Assembly (NCBI GenBank): GCA_944359935.1
Contig: CALVTD010000002.1
Location: forward strand, 1 to 63,643
DNA from: an uncultured Clostridia bacterium
GTDB taxonomy: Bacteria > Bacillota > Clostridia > Christensenellales > UBA1242
Length of the DNA stretch: 63,643 bases
Reading direction: 5' to 3'
Shown: positions 51,886 through 62,454 of the stretch, piece by piece
Position numbering within the stretch: the stretch's first letter is position 1
How the letters are laid out: each line of letters begins with the position of its first letter
Program-made: the position numbers and the translations under genes
Notes under the pieces: generated by a model
Seen by the model: only the letters and a program-made list of their open reading frames with translations
What the model was told of the DNA's origin: nothing
The model's database searches: none

Positions 51886-52245
51886 TTGACGCATAAAGAA
51901 AAACTGGTTATGGCATATTTGTGCAAGGTGTGTCCAAAAAAACGGACATGTCTTGTTTCACCGGGCGAAATTGCAGCGGCGCTGTCAAAAAAATTTGTGC
52001 TGTCGGTTAGCGAACTTGATGAAATCATGAGTGAACTTTCCAATGAAAACTATATTGATTTTGTTGTTTCCGAAAGCAAAATGGGGTATTATTATTGTGT
52101 AACATTAAAAAAGAAGGGGCAAACATATCTTGCCGACTCCAAGCGCCAGAAAAAAACATTTGGCTTGCTGGTTTTAAGAAGTTTGTTTTTGGCAACCGTC
52201 AGTTTTATTTTTGGGCTTGTTTTAAAAATGATTTTTAAGGGATAA
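51886..52245 (+). CDS. Membrane-anchored winged-helix-like protein, paralog 2
   Basis: 119 aa with a TTG start 7 nt after AGAGGTG. Same architecture as 50803-51165 ([27 protein letters not shown]...[31 protein letters not shown], linker SKRQKKTF, C-terminal TM). Its stop is 2 nt before the uvrB ATG. Confidence 0.55.
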   Translation: MTHKEKLVMAYLCKVCPKKRTCLVSPGEIAAALSKKFVLSVSELDEIMSELSNENYIDFVVSESKMGYYYCVTLKKKGQTYLADSKRQKKTFGLLVLRSLFLATVSFIFGLVLKMIFKG

Positions 52246-52247
52246 CT

Positions 52248-54206
52248 ATGGATAAATTTAAATTAAAAGCACCATTTTCTCCATCTGGCGACCAGCCGCA
52301 AGCAATCGAAAAACTTGTGGAAGGTTTTGACGAGGGGTTAAAAGAGCAAGTGCTTTTAGGGGTTACAGGTAGCGGCAAAACTTTTACCATGGCAAATATT
52401 ATTGCAAAACTGAATCGTCCTACTCTGGTTATTGCGCATAATAAAACACTGGCGGCACAACTTTGCAACGAGTTTAGAGAGTTTTTTCCTGAAAACAGAG
52501 TGGAATACTTTGTTTCATACTATGATTATTACCAGCCAGAGGCCTACATTGTTTCAACCGACACCTATATTGAAAAGGACATGGCAATCAATGATGAGAT
52601 TGACAAGTTGCGCTCTTCGGCAACCTCTTCACTATTAGAGCGCAACGACACCATCGTGGTTGCATCGGTTTCTTGCATATATGGTTTGGGCAGCCCAGAG
52701 GAATATTACAATTTGCACATATCGCTTAGAAAGGGCGATATTGTGGATAGAGATGATGTAATTAGGCGGCTGATTGACATTCAATACACGCGAAATGAAA
52801 TGGATTTTAAGCGTTCAACTTTTAGGGCAAAGGGCGACACTTTGGATATTTTTCCTGCAAACCAATCCGAAATGGCAATACGCGTGCGCTTTTTTGGCGA
52901 TGAGATTGAAAAAATTTATGAGTTTGACCCAATCACTGGCAACATGCTTAACGAGGTTAGTTATGTGGGTATCTATCCTGCAACGCACTATGCTGTGGGC
53001 AATGACAGGCTAAAACGCGCAATTGCACAAATCAGCGAGGATAGGGAAAAGGCGATCAAAAAATTCAATGATGAGGGGAAGCCGTTGGAGGCAGAGCGCA
53101 TAGGGCAAAGGGTGGCCTATGACCTTGAAATGATGAGCGAACTTGGATACTGCAACGGCATTGAAAACTATTCCAGATATTTTGATGGCAGGCAGCCGGG
53201 CGAGCCACCTTTTACGCTGCTTGATTATTTCCCAAAAGGCTTTTTAACTATAATCGACGAAAGCCATATGACGCTTCCGCAAATTAGAGCAATGTATAAC
53301 GGCGACAAGGCGAGGAAGGATAATTTGGTGGAGTATGGTTTCAGGTTGGAGGCGGCGCGTGATAACAGGCCGCTGAAATTTGACGAGTTTAACGAGCGAC
53401 TTGGGCAAACATTGTATGTTTCGGCCACACCTGCTAAGTATGAACTCTCTCGTGCTGGACAGGTGGTGGAGCAACTTTTGAGACCAACAGGTTTGCTTGA
53501 CCCAACAATTGAGGTGCGTCCATCCAAGGGGCAGATTGACGATTTGATTAGCGAAATCAACAAAACCATTGCACGCAACGCCAGGGTGCTTGTCACCACA
53601 CTCACGAAAAAGATGGCTGAAAGTTTGACAACTTATTTGGGCGACAGAAAATTTAAAGTTAAATATCTGCACAGCGAAATTGACACCATGGAAAGAGTGG
53701 AAATCATCAATGGGCTTAGGAGCGGTGAGTTTGATGTGCTGGTGGGCATCAACCTTTTGCGAGAAGGGTTGGATATGCCAGAGGTTGAACTTGTTGCAAT
53801 TTTGGACGCCGACAAAGAGGGCTTTTTGCGCAGCGAAGGCGCGCTTATTCAAACAGTGGGCAGGGTTGCGAGAAATGAAAATGGTAGAGCGATTATGTAT
53901 GCCGATGAAATCACAGACTCCATGCGAAGGGCAATCGATGAAACTCAGCGCAGGCGTGAAATTCAAATGCAGTATAATAAAGAGCACAACATAACGCCTA
54001 AAACCATCAAAAAACTTGTTAAAAACACACTGGAAATCACCAAAAAACTCAGCGATGAGGACATTCCTAAAAAGGATATCCCAGCCGAAATTGAAAGACT
54101 GTCATCTATGATGAAACTGGCTTCCAACTCGCTGGATTTTGAAAGAGCGATTGAACTTAGAAACAAAATTTTAAATTTAAAGAAAAAATTAGGAAAAAAG
54201 GGTTAA
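52248..54206 (+). CDS. uvrB: Excinuclease ABC subunit B
   Basis: [29 protein letters not shown], the beta-hairpin region [19 protein letters not shown], and the C-terminal UVR motif [13 protein letters not shown]. Confidence 0.95.
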   Translation: MDKFKLKAPFSPSGDQPQAIEKLVEGFDEGLKEQVLLGVTGSGKTFTMANIIAKLNRPTLVIAHNKTLAAQLCNEFREFFPENRVEYFVSYYDYYQPEAYIVSTDTYIEKDMAINDEIDKLRSSATSSLLERNDTIVVASVSCIYGLGSPEEYYNLHISLRKGDIVDRDDVIRRLIDIQYTRNEMDFKRSTFRAKGDTLDIFPANQSEMAIRVRFFGDEIEKIYEFDPITGNMLNEVSYVGIYPATHYAVGNDRLKRAIAQISEDREKAIKKFNDEGKPLEAERIGQRVAYDLEMMSELGYCNGIENYSRYFDGRQPGEPPFTLLDYFPKGFLTIIDESHMTLPQIRAMYNGDKARKDNLVEYGFRLEAARDNRPLKFDEFNERLGQTLYVSATPAKYELSRAGQVVEQLLRPTGLLDPTIEVRPSKGQIDDLISEINKTIARNARVLVTTLTKKMAESLTTYLGDRKFKVKYLHSEIDTMERVEIINGLRSGEFDVLVGINLLREGLDMPEVELVAILDADKEGFLRSEGALIQTVGRVARNENGRAIMYADEITDSMRRAIDETQRRREIQMQYNKEHNITPKTIKKLVKNTLEITKKLSDEDIPKKDIPAEIERLSSMMKLASNSLDFERAIELRNKILNLKKKLGKKG

Positions 54207-54208
54207 AA

Positions 54209-57046
54209 ATGGACGAAAATATAAAAATTATTGGGGCAAAGGAAAATAATTTAAAAAACATCAACTTAACGATTCCAAGAGATAAGTTGATTGTTTTTAC
54301 CGGCGTGAGTGGCTCGGGAAAAACCTCGCTTGCTTTTGGCACTATTTTTGCAGAGGGGCAAAGGCGATATATTGAAAGCCTTTCTTCTTACGCAAGAATG
54401 TTTTTGGGGCAAGCCCAAAAGCCAGATGTTGAAGCCATTGAGGGGCTGTCGCCAGCCATTTCAATAGACCAAAAAACCACCAACCACAATCCGCGCTCAA
54501 CAGTTGGAACGGTTACCGAAATTTATGACTATTTAAGGCTGTTGTTTGCAAGGGTGGGTGTTGCGTATTGCCCAAACTGTCACAAAGCAATTTCCAGGCA
54601 GACGATAGACCAAATTGTGGACGATGTTATGGCCAGGCCACAGGGAAGCAAACTTACAATTTTAAGCCCTGTTGTTAGAAAAGAAAAGGGTGCGTTTGCC
54701 AAACTTTTTGATTCACTTAGAAAAAGTGGATATGTTAGGGTGCTTGTGGACGGCATCATGTATACACTTGATGAAGAGATTGAACTTGACAAAAACACCA
54801 AGCATGAAATTAAAGTTGTGGTGGACAGGCTGATTTTGAAAGAGGGCGTTGAGGCAAGGCTGACCGAAAGTTTGGAAACTGCGATAAAACTTGCCAGTGG
54901 GCTTGCCATTGTGGATTTTGATGGACAAGAAGAACTTTATTCCACCAACTATTCCTGCCCAACTTGCGGTTGGACGCTGGAAGAAATCACGCCAAGGCTT
55001 TTTTCATTTAACGCGCCTTTTGGGGCTTGCCCAAATTGCTCGGGGCTGGGTGAAATTGCAGATATTGACGAAGCGCTGGTGCTTAAAAATTCTCATTTAA
55101 CCATTGCGCAGGGCGCATTCAACATAACCGGCTGGAAATATGAAGAAGGCAGCATGGCGAAACTTTATTTTGACGCGCTGAGTGAAAAATATGGCATTCC
55201 ACTGGATAAGCCAGTTAAAGATTTGCCAAAAAAACATATTCAAATTTTGCTGTATGGAAACAACGGCGAAAAGATGGATATTTTCAAAGATGCGCGCAGA
55301 AACAAGATGGAAGAGAGGTTCCGTGGCTCTCACGCGCTGAGTTTTGAAGGGTTAATCAACAATCTTAAACGCCGTTTGGCGGAAACAAAAAGCGAGTTTA
55401 TGCGCTTTGAAATTGGAAAATTTTTAAGAAACCAAACTTGCAAAGTCTGCCACGGGAAAAGGCTTAATGAGTCGGCGCTTTCAATTAAAATTGACGGAAA
55501 AGACATCATCGACATTTGCGACATGCCTGTAAGTGAACTTTTGCCATACATGCAAAACCTTAAATTGCCAAAATACAAAATGGTGGTGGCTGAGGGCATT
55601 TTAAAAGAGATTAACGCAAGGCTTAAATTTTTGAGCGATGTGGGGCTTGGCTATCTCACTCTTTCGCGCTCGGCTGAAACTCTGTCTGGTGGCGAGGCAC
55701 AAAGAATTAGGCTTGCAACGCAGATTGGCTCGGGGCTTGTTGGAGTGCTGTATATTTTGGACGAGCCAAGCATTGGATTGCATCAACGCGACAACGAAAA
55801 ACTGCTGGCAACCTTGAAAAATCTGCGCGACCTTGGCAACACTTTGATTGTGGTTGAGCACGATGAAGACACCATGCGTGAGGCGGACTGGATTGTAGAT
55901 GTGGGACCGTATGCCGGCGTGCATGGCGGAGAGATTGTGGCTAATGGCCCGCTTGAAGAGGTGCTCAAAAGCCCAAATTCTGTCACCGCAAAATTTTTGC
56001 GCGGCGAAGAAAAAATTGAAATTCCTGAGTCGCGCAAACAGCCGTCGGGGTATTTAAAAGTCAAAGGTGCGGCAAAAAACAACTTGAAAAACCTGGATGT
56101 GGACATTCCTTTGGGGGTTCTTACAGTTGTTACAGGTGTTTCAGGCAGCGGAAAATCCAGCCTTGTTAATGAGGTTGTTTATCCATATCTTTCCAACGCT
56201 CTCAATGGCAGCAAGTTGGAACTTGGCAAGTTTGATAAAATTGAGGGGATTGAGCAACTTGATAAAGTAATCTGCATCGACCAAGCGCCGATAGGCAGAA
56301 CTCCGCGCAGCAATCCTGCAACATACACGGGCGTGTTTACGCCTATTCGTGAACTTTTTGCAGCCACTCCTGATGCAAAGATGAGAGGGTTTACTGCAAG
56401 CAGATTTTCATTTAACGTGCACGGCGGCAGGTGCGAAGCCTGTGATGGCGCGGGAGTTAAAGAGATTGAAATGTATTTCCTGCCAGATATCTCTGTGCCG
56501 TGCGAAGTGTGCAAGGGCAAAAGATACAACCGTGAAACGCTGGAAGTGAAATATAAAGGCAAAACCATAACCGATGTTTTGGATATGACGGTGGAAGAGG
56601 CGCTGGAATTTTTTGCATCCATTCCAAGCATAAAAAACAAATTGCAAGCGCTTTATGACGTGGGGCTTTCTTACATCAAACTTGGCCAGCCTGCCACAAC
56701 GCTTTCGGGCGGCGAGGCACAAAGGGTTAAACTTGCCACTGAACTTGCTAAACGCGAAACAGGCAAAACTTTCTATATTTTAGATGAGCCCACAACCGGT
56801 CTTCATATGTATGACGTTAAAAAACTTATCAAAATTTTGAACAGGCTTGTTGGCAACGGCAACAGCGTGGTTGTGATTGAACACAACTTGGATGTGATTA
56901 AGAGTGCCGACCAAATCATCGACCTTGGCCCTGAGGGCGGCTCGGGCGGAGGTGAGGTTGTTGCCACTGGCACGCCAGAGCAGGTGGCTGAAAATGAAAA
57001 GTCCTTTACCGGAATGTTCCTGAAAAAGATTTTGGCACAAAAATAA
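54209..57046 (+). CDS. uvrA: Excinuclease ABC subunit A
   Basis: [39 protein letters not shown], zinc modules (CPNCH, CPTCG...CPNCSG, CEACDG...CEVCKG), two LSGGEAQR signatures, and YILDEP(S/T). Confidence 0.95.
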   Translation: MDENIKIIGAKENNLKNINLTIPRDKLIVFTGVSGSGKTSLAFGTIFAEGQRRYIESLSSYARMFLGQAQKPDVEAIEGLSPAISIDQKTTNHNPRSTVGTVTEIYDYLRLLFARVGVAYCPNCHKAISRQTIDQIVDDVMARPQGSKLTILSPVVRKEKGAFAKLFDSLRKSGYVRVLVDGIMYTLDEEIELDKNTKHEIKVVVDRLILKEGVEARLTESLETAIKLASGLAIVDFDGQEELYSTNYSCPTCGWTLEEITPRLFSFNAPFGACPNCSGLGEIADIDEALVLKNSHLTIAQGAFNITGWKYEEGSMAKLYFDALSEKYGIPLDKPVKDLPKKHIQILLYGNNGEKMDIFKDARRNKMEERFRGSHALSFEGLINNLKRRLAETKSEFMRFEIGKFLRNQTCKVCHGKRLNESALSIKIDGKDIIDICDMPVSELLPYMQNLKLPKYKMVVAEGILKEINARLKFLSDVGLGYLTLSRSAETLSGGEAQRIRLATQIGSGLVGVLYILDEPSIGLHQRDNEKLLATLKNLRDLGNTLIVVEHDEDTMREADWIVDVGPYAGVHGGEIVANGPLEEVLKSPNSVTAKFLRGEEKIEIPESRKQPSGYLKVKGAAKNNLKNLDVDIPLGVLTVVTGVSGSGKSSLVNEVVYPYLSNALNGSKLELGKFDKIEGIEQLDKVICIDQAPIGRTPRSNPATYTGVFTPIRELFAATPDAKMRGFTASRFSFNVHGGRCEACDGAGVKEIEMYFLPDISVPCEVCKGKRYNRETLEVKYKGKTITDVLDMTVEEALEFFASIPSIKNKLQALYDVGLSYIKLGQPATTLSGGEAQRVKLATELAKRETGKTFYILDEPTTGLHMYDVKKLIKILNRLVGNGNSVVVIEHNLDVIKSADQIIDLGPEGGSGGGEVVATGTPEQVAENEKSFTGMFLKKILAQK

Positions 57047-57048
57047 CC

Positions 57049-57077
57049 TTGCAAAAATTGTTGCAAAGTGATAAAAT
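57049..57077 (+). promoter_or_regulatory. Promoter with leaderless geometry for the MBL-fold gene
   Basis: TTGCAA (57049-57054), a 17-nt spacer, then TGaTAAAAT (hexamer 57072-57077). The ATG at 57084 follows after 6 nt and has no Shine-Dalgarno. Confidence 0.5.
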
Positions 57078-57083
57078 ATTGCC

Positions 57084-57866
57084 ATGCGAATTATAAGTTT
57101 GGCGTCTGGAAGTGACGGAAATATGACATATGTTGAAAGCGAAAAAGTCAAATTTTTGGTTGACATAGGGCTTTCATGCGCTGAGGCCGTGAAACGGCTT
57201 AAACTCATCGATGTGCAGCCTGAGGAGATTGACGCCATATTGGTTACGCATGAGCATAACGACCATATAAAGGGCGTGGATGCTTTTTCATATAAATATG
57301 ACAAGCCAATTTTTGCACATAAAAGCGTTTGGGATAATTTAAAATTCAAACTTATTAAAACGCCGTCCAAAAACCGCCGATTTTTTGAAACCGACACTTT
57401 TAACCTGCGCGATGTGGTTGTTCACGCAGTGGAAGTGCCACATGATGTGCCTTGTTTTGGCTATTGTTTTGAAAATAATGGCGCAAAGATAAGTATTTTA
57501 ACAGATGTTGGGCATACTAACGACAGAATACTGGATAGTATTCGGGGAAGTCAGTTAGTATATCTTGAAGCCAACTATGATAAAACCATGCTTAAAGAGG
57601 GCAAACGCTATCCACTTGCACTCAAACACAGAATTGCAGGCGGCAGAGGGCATCTTTCCAATGACGAGTCTGCGCTTTTAATCAAGTATTTGGTTGAAAG
57701 CGGCAGCAGGCAAATTGTGCTTTCACATTTAAGCAGAGAAAACAACACCCCTGATTTGGCATATTCCTATATCGCAGAAAAACTTAGAGATTATGGAATT
57801 ATTGAAGGCGTGCATGTTAAAATTGATGTCGCCAGCCCAAACCCTGGAACGATGTTTAAACTTTAA
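57084..57866 (+). CDS. MBL-fold metallo-hydrolase (YycJ/WalJ-like)
   Basis: SGSDGN, VTHEHNDHIKG (the HxHxDH motif), and LSHLSRENN at the C-terminus. It is followed by an HtrA-type protease, as in the yycJ-yycK pair. Confidence 0.8.
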   Translation: MRIISLASGSDGNMTYVESEKVKFLVDIGLSCAEAVKRLKLIDVQPEEIDAILVTHEHNDHIKGVDAFSYKYDKPIFAHKSVWDNLKFKLIKTPSKNRRFFETDTFNLRDVVVHAVEVPHDVPCFGYCFENNGAKISILTDVGHTNDRILDSIRGSQLVYLEANYDKTMLKEGKRYPLALKHRIAGGRGHLSNDESALLIKYLVESGSRQIVLSHLSRENNTPDLAYSYIAEKLRDYGIIEGVHVKIDVASPNPGTMFKL

Positions 57867-57900
57867 GATTTCTTCATGACTTCTCAAAAAAGGAGAGTTT

Positions 57901-58911
57901 ATGAAGAAATTTTTTTGTTTTTTGTTTAGTTTTATGTTAATTATTCCGCTTGTGCTGTTCGGCTGCGGGCAAACGCAAACGGGCGACCCAACCGTGGATA
58001 TGAGCGTCAGGCGCGTTGCAACCGAAAGCACTGCTTCACTTAGCGACATGCTTTCGCAGGCTAAAAGCGCGGTTGTGGGAATTTCAGCCGACCTAGCAGA
58101 TGGCTATGCAATCGGCAGCGGTTTTGCAATCAGCGATGGTGGGCTTATTTTAACCAACAATCATGTTGTGGAGGGAGGCAGCAACCTAACTTTATACTAT
58201 GCCGACAAAACCACCGGCACTGGCGAAGTTTTGTGGACGGACCCAGGGCTGGATATGGCAGTGGTGCGCTCGTCGAGAGAAATTCCATATTTAGGGGTTA
58301 ACACTGGCGAGGTGTATGTTGGGCAGGAGGTGTTTGCGCTCGGCACACCGCTTACGCTGGAATTTAAGCACACGGTTACTCACGGCATAATCAGTGCCAC
58401 AAACAGAACGCTTGAAACGCAGAGCGGCGCAGGGGTTAGTTTTTTGCAAAGTTTAATTCAACATGATGCCGCAATCAACCCTGGCAATTCAGGCGGGCCG
58501 CTCATTAACAGCGCAGGCCAGGTTATTGGTATCAACACTTTAAAAGCCACCGAGGGCGAGGGCATCGGTTTTGCCATTCCAATTGAAATTGGCAGCATTG
58601 TAACAGAGCAAATTAAGGAAAATCAAAACTATCAATCTCCATATCTTGGCGTCTTTGGTTTTGACAGTGACATCGCGCTGGCATACGGCGAAAAACTCAA
58701 CGCAGACGGAGTGTATGTTATCTCCACAGACGGACCAGCAAAACAGGCAGGGCTGCAAAAGGGTGATTTGATAACCAAAGTTGGCGGGGTTGAGGTTAAA
58801 AATTTGCTTGATTTAAGAAAGGCGGTGCTTTCATATAATCAAGGTGATGCATTAATAATTGATTATTACAGAAACGGAACATTACAACAGACAATGGCCA
58901 CTTTGCAATAA
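57901..58911 (+). CDS. HtrA/DegP-family trypsin-like serine protease with a C-terminal PDZ domain
   Basis: Signal and lipobox-like LVLFGCGQ. The catalytic His lies in LTNNHVV and the catalytic Ser in NPGNSGGPL. PDZ segment is GLQKGDLITKVGGVEVKNLLDL. Confidence 0.85.
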   Translation: MKKFFCFLFSFMLIIPLVLFGCGQTQTGDPTVDMSVRRVATESTASLSDMLSQAKSAVVGISADLADGYAIGSGFAISDGGLILTNNHVVEGGSNLTLYYADKTTGTGEVLWTDPGLDMAVVRSSREIPYLGVNTGEVYVGQEVFALGTPLTLEFKHTVTHGIISATNRTLETQSGAGVSFLQSLIQHDAAINPGNSGGPLINSAGQVIGINTLKATEGEGIGFAIPIEIGSIVTEQIKENQNYQSPYLGVFGFDSDIALAYGEKLNADGVYVISTDGPAKQAGLQKGDLITKVGGVEVKNLLDLRKAVLSYNQGDALIIDYYRNGTLQQTMATLQ

Positions 58912-58926
58912 AATTACAAAAACCTA

Positions 58927-58955
58927 TTGAATTTTGTCTCCAAAAGTGATATAAT
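58927..58955 (+). promoter_or_regulatory. Promoter of the 58979 gene
   Basis: TTGAAT (58927-58932), a 17-nt spacer, then TGaTATAAT (hexamer 58950-58955). A GGGGGG Shine-Dalgarno lies before the ATG. Confidence 0.5.
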
Positions 58956-58978
58956 CATATAAGTAATGGGGGGACAAT

Positions 58979-60763
58979 ATGATTTTAGAAAGAGATATTT
59001 CCGCATATATTGACAAAATTTTTAATGGCACAGGCACAATCACAAGCAAAAATTTAGCTGCCGCTGCAAGAAGTTCTTTAAGAAAAACTAGCCATATTTT
59101 TTCTCGCGAAGAAGTTGCTGTTTTGTTGCCATTCATAACTAAACAAGTGAAAATGGTGCCAAATGGTGATGGGTATGTGCGCACTTTTTTTGGAAGAACT
59201 CTTGGTGGCGTTAGCAAGGATTTAGATCAAATGGCAAGCATGGGCATGTTTGGTGATAACGCCGCAAAAAAGGTTGAAAGCAGGCGGGCAACTTTTGCAG
59301 AGGGCAAAGAGCAGTTTGGTGAAACCTATGCTTGGCTCAATCAACTTACTGAAAATAAAGAACTAAAACAAGATGCAGATGAGTATTACGACATAGTTAA
59401 AAAAATGGGCGAAGTGCAAGAGGTTGTTGAAAAAGGTGAGCGTTCTTTTAGATTTTCGGTAAGCGCAGATAAGAAATTCAACATTCAAATCTCTAGAAAT
59501 GAATACGCAAAATTCTTGATTAGTTCACTTCTTAATGATTTTATCACTAAAAAGGACGCTAATTTTATTGTAGAAAATAAAACAACGCACGAAAAGATTG
59601 ATTTAAAAATGCCTACAATTTATCTTGCAACAATCTTAACTTTAAGAAGCGTTGTAAAAGATGAAAAAAGTTTTAACGATATTTTAAGCAATTTAGTTAC
59701 TCCGCTTAGAGAAAGCATCACACCAGAGATGTTTGGTGTGGATAACGCTACGGTTAGAGAGGAGGCAATCGCTCTTTGCAAAGCCAGACTTGAACAATTA
59801 AACCAAAACGGCGGAACTTACAATACTGACATTGGGGCGCTGTTCCATGATTTGGTGTTGGAACAACAATTACACAGAAGAATTGAAAAAGTAAATGACC
59901 TTGCAATTCGTATGACTAATGAAGGCTCTAACTATCCGTTTATGCTTATTAAAGAAAGCGGCATATCTTATGTGAAAGTAGACGATAGCGCAAAGTTTGA
60001 AAATGCTCAGCAGGCTTTTGCGAACTTAAATAAGGCATCAACCGCACTTAATTCTTTCAGTTATCTTGACCGTACAATTTTTGAAAATAAGGAAGATAAA
60101 ATTATAGATTCTCCTGAGGAAATTGCCGAAGCGCTTATGGCAAATTTGCTTATTTTAGAAAACAGCGGCATGAGCGAAAATGGCAAGAAAACCTTCCAAC
60201 AAATGTTTGTTGTTCCACTTGTTCAATGCCTTGATAACCTTGATGCAAAAGCGATCAAAAAAGCGCAGGATGCAGCACTTGAAGATGTGAAAGGTTTGGA
60301 GATTTTGCCAGCAGATGCCTATGCAAATTATGGCAAAACTGCGTTCAAATCTAAAAAAGAAGCAGAAAAATTTAGAAAAATGATTGTTAAAGAATTAAAC
60401 AAACAAGGCAGGAAAAGAGGTTTGTATAAGGCAAACGCACTTGCTAAGGAAAATCCTTTAAGAGCGGCCATTATGTTAAGTACACAATATCTTGGCAACA
60501 AATCATTTAAAGGAAACGATTTTGGGCAAGATGTAACCGAAATGAATTTGGCAGACATTGACAATCGAACAAAAAATGCTGTTTTTGAAGAAGTTTACAT
60601 CGCTTATTCGGCTGTTACAGATGAAATAGAACAATTTGACACCCAAATGTTTACAAAAGAAGAAAAGACTAGCCTTTTGCAAGATAAGAACATTACAAAA
60701 GAGAAAGCAAAAGAAATTGCAGAAAAAGCAATTCAAGCCGGAAAAGAAACTTTAACAAGATAA
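58979..60763 (+). CDS. Large (594 aa) soluble hypothetical protein
   Basis: Clean ORF with promoter, Shine-Dalgarno and terminator. Lys/Glu-rich and predicted helical. No TM segment, no signal peptide and no nucleotide-binding or catalytic motif that I can recognise. Confidence 0.6.
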   Translation: MILERDISAYIDKIFNGTGTITSKNLAAAARSSLRKTSHIFSREEVAVLLPFITKQVKMVPNGDGYVRTFFGRTLGGVSKDLDQMASMGMFGDNAAKKVESRRATFAEGKEQFGETYAWLNQLTENKELKQDADEYYDIVKKMGEVQEVVEKGERSFRFSVSADKKFNIQISRNEYAKFLISSLLNDFITKKDANFIVENKTTHEKIDLKMPTIYLATILTLRSVVKDEKSFNDILSNLVTPLRESITPEMFGVDNATVREEAIALCKARLEQLNQNGGTYNTDIGALFHDLVLEQQLHRRIEKVNDLAIRMTNEGSNYPFMLIKESGISYVKVDDSAKFENAQQAFANLNKASTALNSFSYLDRTIFENKEDKIIDSPEEIAEALMANLLILENSGMSENGKKTFQQMFVVPLVQCLDNLDAKAIKKAQDAALEDVKGLEILPADAYANYGKTAFKSKKEAEKFRKMIVKELNKQGRKRGLYKANALAKENPLRAAIMLSTQYLGNKSFKGNDFGQDVTEMNLADIDNRTKNAVFEEVYIAYSAVTDEIEQFDTQMFTKEEKTSLLQDKNITKEKAKEIAEKAIQAGKETLTR

Positions 60764-60764
60764 A

Positions 60765-60790
60765 AGCAAGCGGTTTCGCTTGCTTTTTTT
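60765..60790. terminator. Bidirectional terminator between the convergent genes
   Basis: AGCAAGCG-GTTT-CGCTTGCT followed by a T7 run, with an A-run upstream. Confidence 0.8.
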
Positions 60791-61709
60791 ATGCCTTGGA
60801 TGCGCTGTTAAGCATATTGGTTATTTTTTCTTCCACAACTTTTTGAATGTTATTTTGGCCTTCTTTCACATATTTTCGCTGGTCAAAATTTTGAGGGTTT
60901 TCTTTAAGTGATTTTCTCATCACAGCGGTGAAAGCGTTTCTTAAATCCGTGTCTATTTTTATTTTTACAATGTTGTGCTTTGTGCAGGCAATGTAATTTA
61001 GTTTTTCATCCACGCCTTTTGGCTTACCAAGTTTGCCGCCATTGCTGTTTATTTGTTTTACATATTTTTCATCCACGCTTGATGCGCCGTGCAGCACAAG
61101 AGGGAAAGAGGGCAGTTGCGCCTCAATTTCGCTTAAAATGTCAAAACGCAGTTTGGCCTTGCCGCTGAATTTATATGCGCCGTGGCTTGTGCCGATTGCA
61201 ATCGCCAGGCTGTCAACGCCTGTTCTTTGCACAAACTCCTTGGCTTTGGCTGGGTCAGTGAAATGGTTTTGTTCATTTGAAAGGTTATCTTCAATGCCTT
61301 TAATTTGCCCAAGTTCGCCTTCCACCAGCACCGAATGTTTGTGAGCATATTCAACCACGCGCCTAGTTAATTCAACATTTTCTTCAAACGACAGGGCGCT
61401 GGCATCAATCATCACACTGTCAAAGCCGTTATCAACTGCCTGTGCGCAAGTTTCAAAACTTTGGCCGTGGTCTAGGTGTAGATAAATTGGCACGGCATAA
61501 GTTTTCTTTGCAACTTTTGTGATTGCAATTACATAGTCCATGCCCATGTATTTCAATGCGCCTTCACTTACTCCTAAAATTACAGGGCTGTTGGTTTTTT
61601 GTGCGGCGGCACAGATTGCTTTTAATGTTTCCAAACTGGAAAAGTTAAACGCGCCGATTGCAAAGCCTTCTTTAATTGCCTTTTGAAAATAGTAAGATAA
61701 TTTTTTCAT
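60789..61709 (-). CDS. fba: Class II fructose-1,6-bisphosphate aldolase
   Basis: MKKLSYYFQKAIKEGFAIGAFNF, PVYLHLDHG, MIDAS, GTSHGAYKF, LVLHGASS. I prefer the ATG at 61707-61709 over the track start at 61748. Confidence 0.9.
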   Translation of the reverse strand: MKKLSYYFQKAIKEGFAIGAFNFSSLETLKAICAAAQKTNSPVILGVSEGALKYMGMDYVIAITKVAKKTYAVPIYLHLDHGQSFETCAQAVDNGFDSVMIDASALSFEENVELTRRVVEYAHKHSVLVEGELGQIKGIEDNLSNEQNHFTDPAKAKEFVQRTGVDSLAIAIGTSHGAYKFSGKAKLRFDILSEIEAQLPSFPLVLHGASSVDEKYVKQINSNGGKLGKPKGVDEKLNYIACTKHNIVKIKIDTDLRNAFTAVMRKSLKENPQNFDQRKYVKEGQNNIQKVVEEKITNMLNSASKA

Positions 61710-61772
61710 ATGACAAATTATATCACATTTTCGCATTTTACAAAACATAAATTAAGGCAAAGGAGGGTTAAA

Positions 61773-62447
61773 ATGATAAAAAAACTGCTTATTGGCGCGC
61801 TTTGCCTGTTGCCTATGGTGGGGCTTATGGGTTGTGGACAGATGGACAGCCTGTCGCTTGTGCAAAATAATATGAGTGAAAGAGCGGATGTTTACTATTT
61901 TTCTAATAATGAAAACCTAAAAATTTCCTTGGCATCAGGGCAGAGGGAGAGCACCTATAACTATGACGGCGTCAGCACAAATAAGGTCGACTTTGCGCTC
62001 ATCGTTGCGCAGTTAGACTCGGCTGACACAGAGTTGTGCCAAGTTACTATTGATGGAGTGCAAAGCGATGTGCTTTTAGAGTTTAACTATCGAACTGGCA
62101 CGCACATGGCTGATTTAGAAAGAAAATTGACTGGCGAGGAGGAAATTCAAATCACATATGGCGACCAAACGGCGACAATGGTGAATAAATCCAATGAATT
62201 TGCAGTTTCATCTTCTCAGGCAATTCAACTTGGTTGCCAGCACCTGCAAGAATTTATTGAGCCGCTTTGTGATGGCAATAACTTTGATGGCGAATGCTAT
62301 TTGCGAATTATGGACACACTCACTGGTGAGGAGAATGGCGCGCTTTGGCTTTTCAGCGTGATGTCGAAAGATGGACAAATTAAGAATGTGATTATATCCA
62401 CAACAGAGCAAATTGTGCTTGCAGATGACGGCGGAGATGTGGTATAA
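61773..62447 (+). CDS. Lipoprotein, function unknown
   Basis: The ATG at 61773 follows AAGGAGGG. Signal MIKKLLIGALCLLPMVGLMGC carries a lipobox. The track ORF starts at 61710. Confidence 0.65.
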   Translation: MIKKLLIGALCLLPMVGLMGCGQMDSLSLVQNNMSERADVYYFSNNENLKISLASGQRESTYNYDGVSTNKVDFALIVAQLDSADTELCQVTIDGVQSDVLLEFNYRTGTHMADLERKLTGEEEIQITYGDQTATMVNKSNEFAVSSSQAIQLGCQHLQEFIEPLCDGNNFDGECYLRIMDTLTGEENGALWLFSVMSKDGQIKNVIISTTEQIVLADDGGDVV

Positions 62448-62454
62448 TCATCTC

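Noticed and set aside
30845-52245. The giant protein as a polymorphic toxin (CDI/Rhs/WapA-like) with a downstream orphan toxin tip and immunity genes.
   Set aside because: I see no recognisable toxin domain or pre-toxin motif such as VENN, PT-TG, LXG or RHS/YD repeats. The orphan copy is inverted and shares the glycine-rich scaffold instead of a distinct toxin tip. No small immunity-like gene directly follows the giant ORF in the same orientation. The idea remains only a remote possibility.
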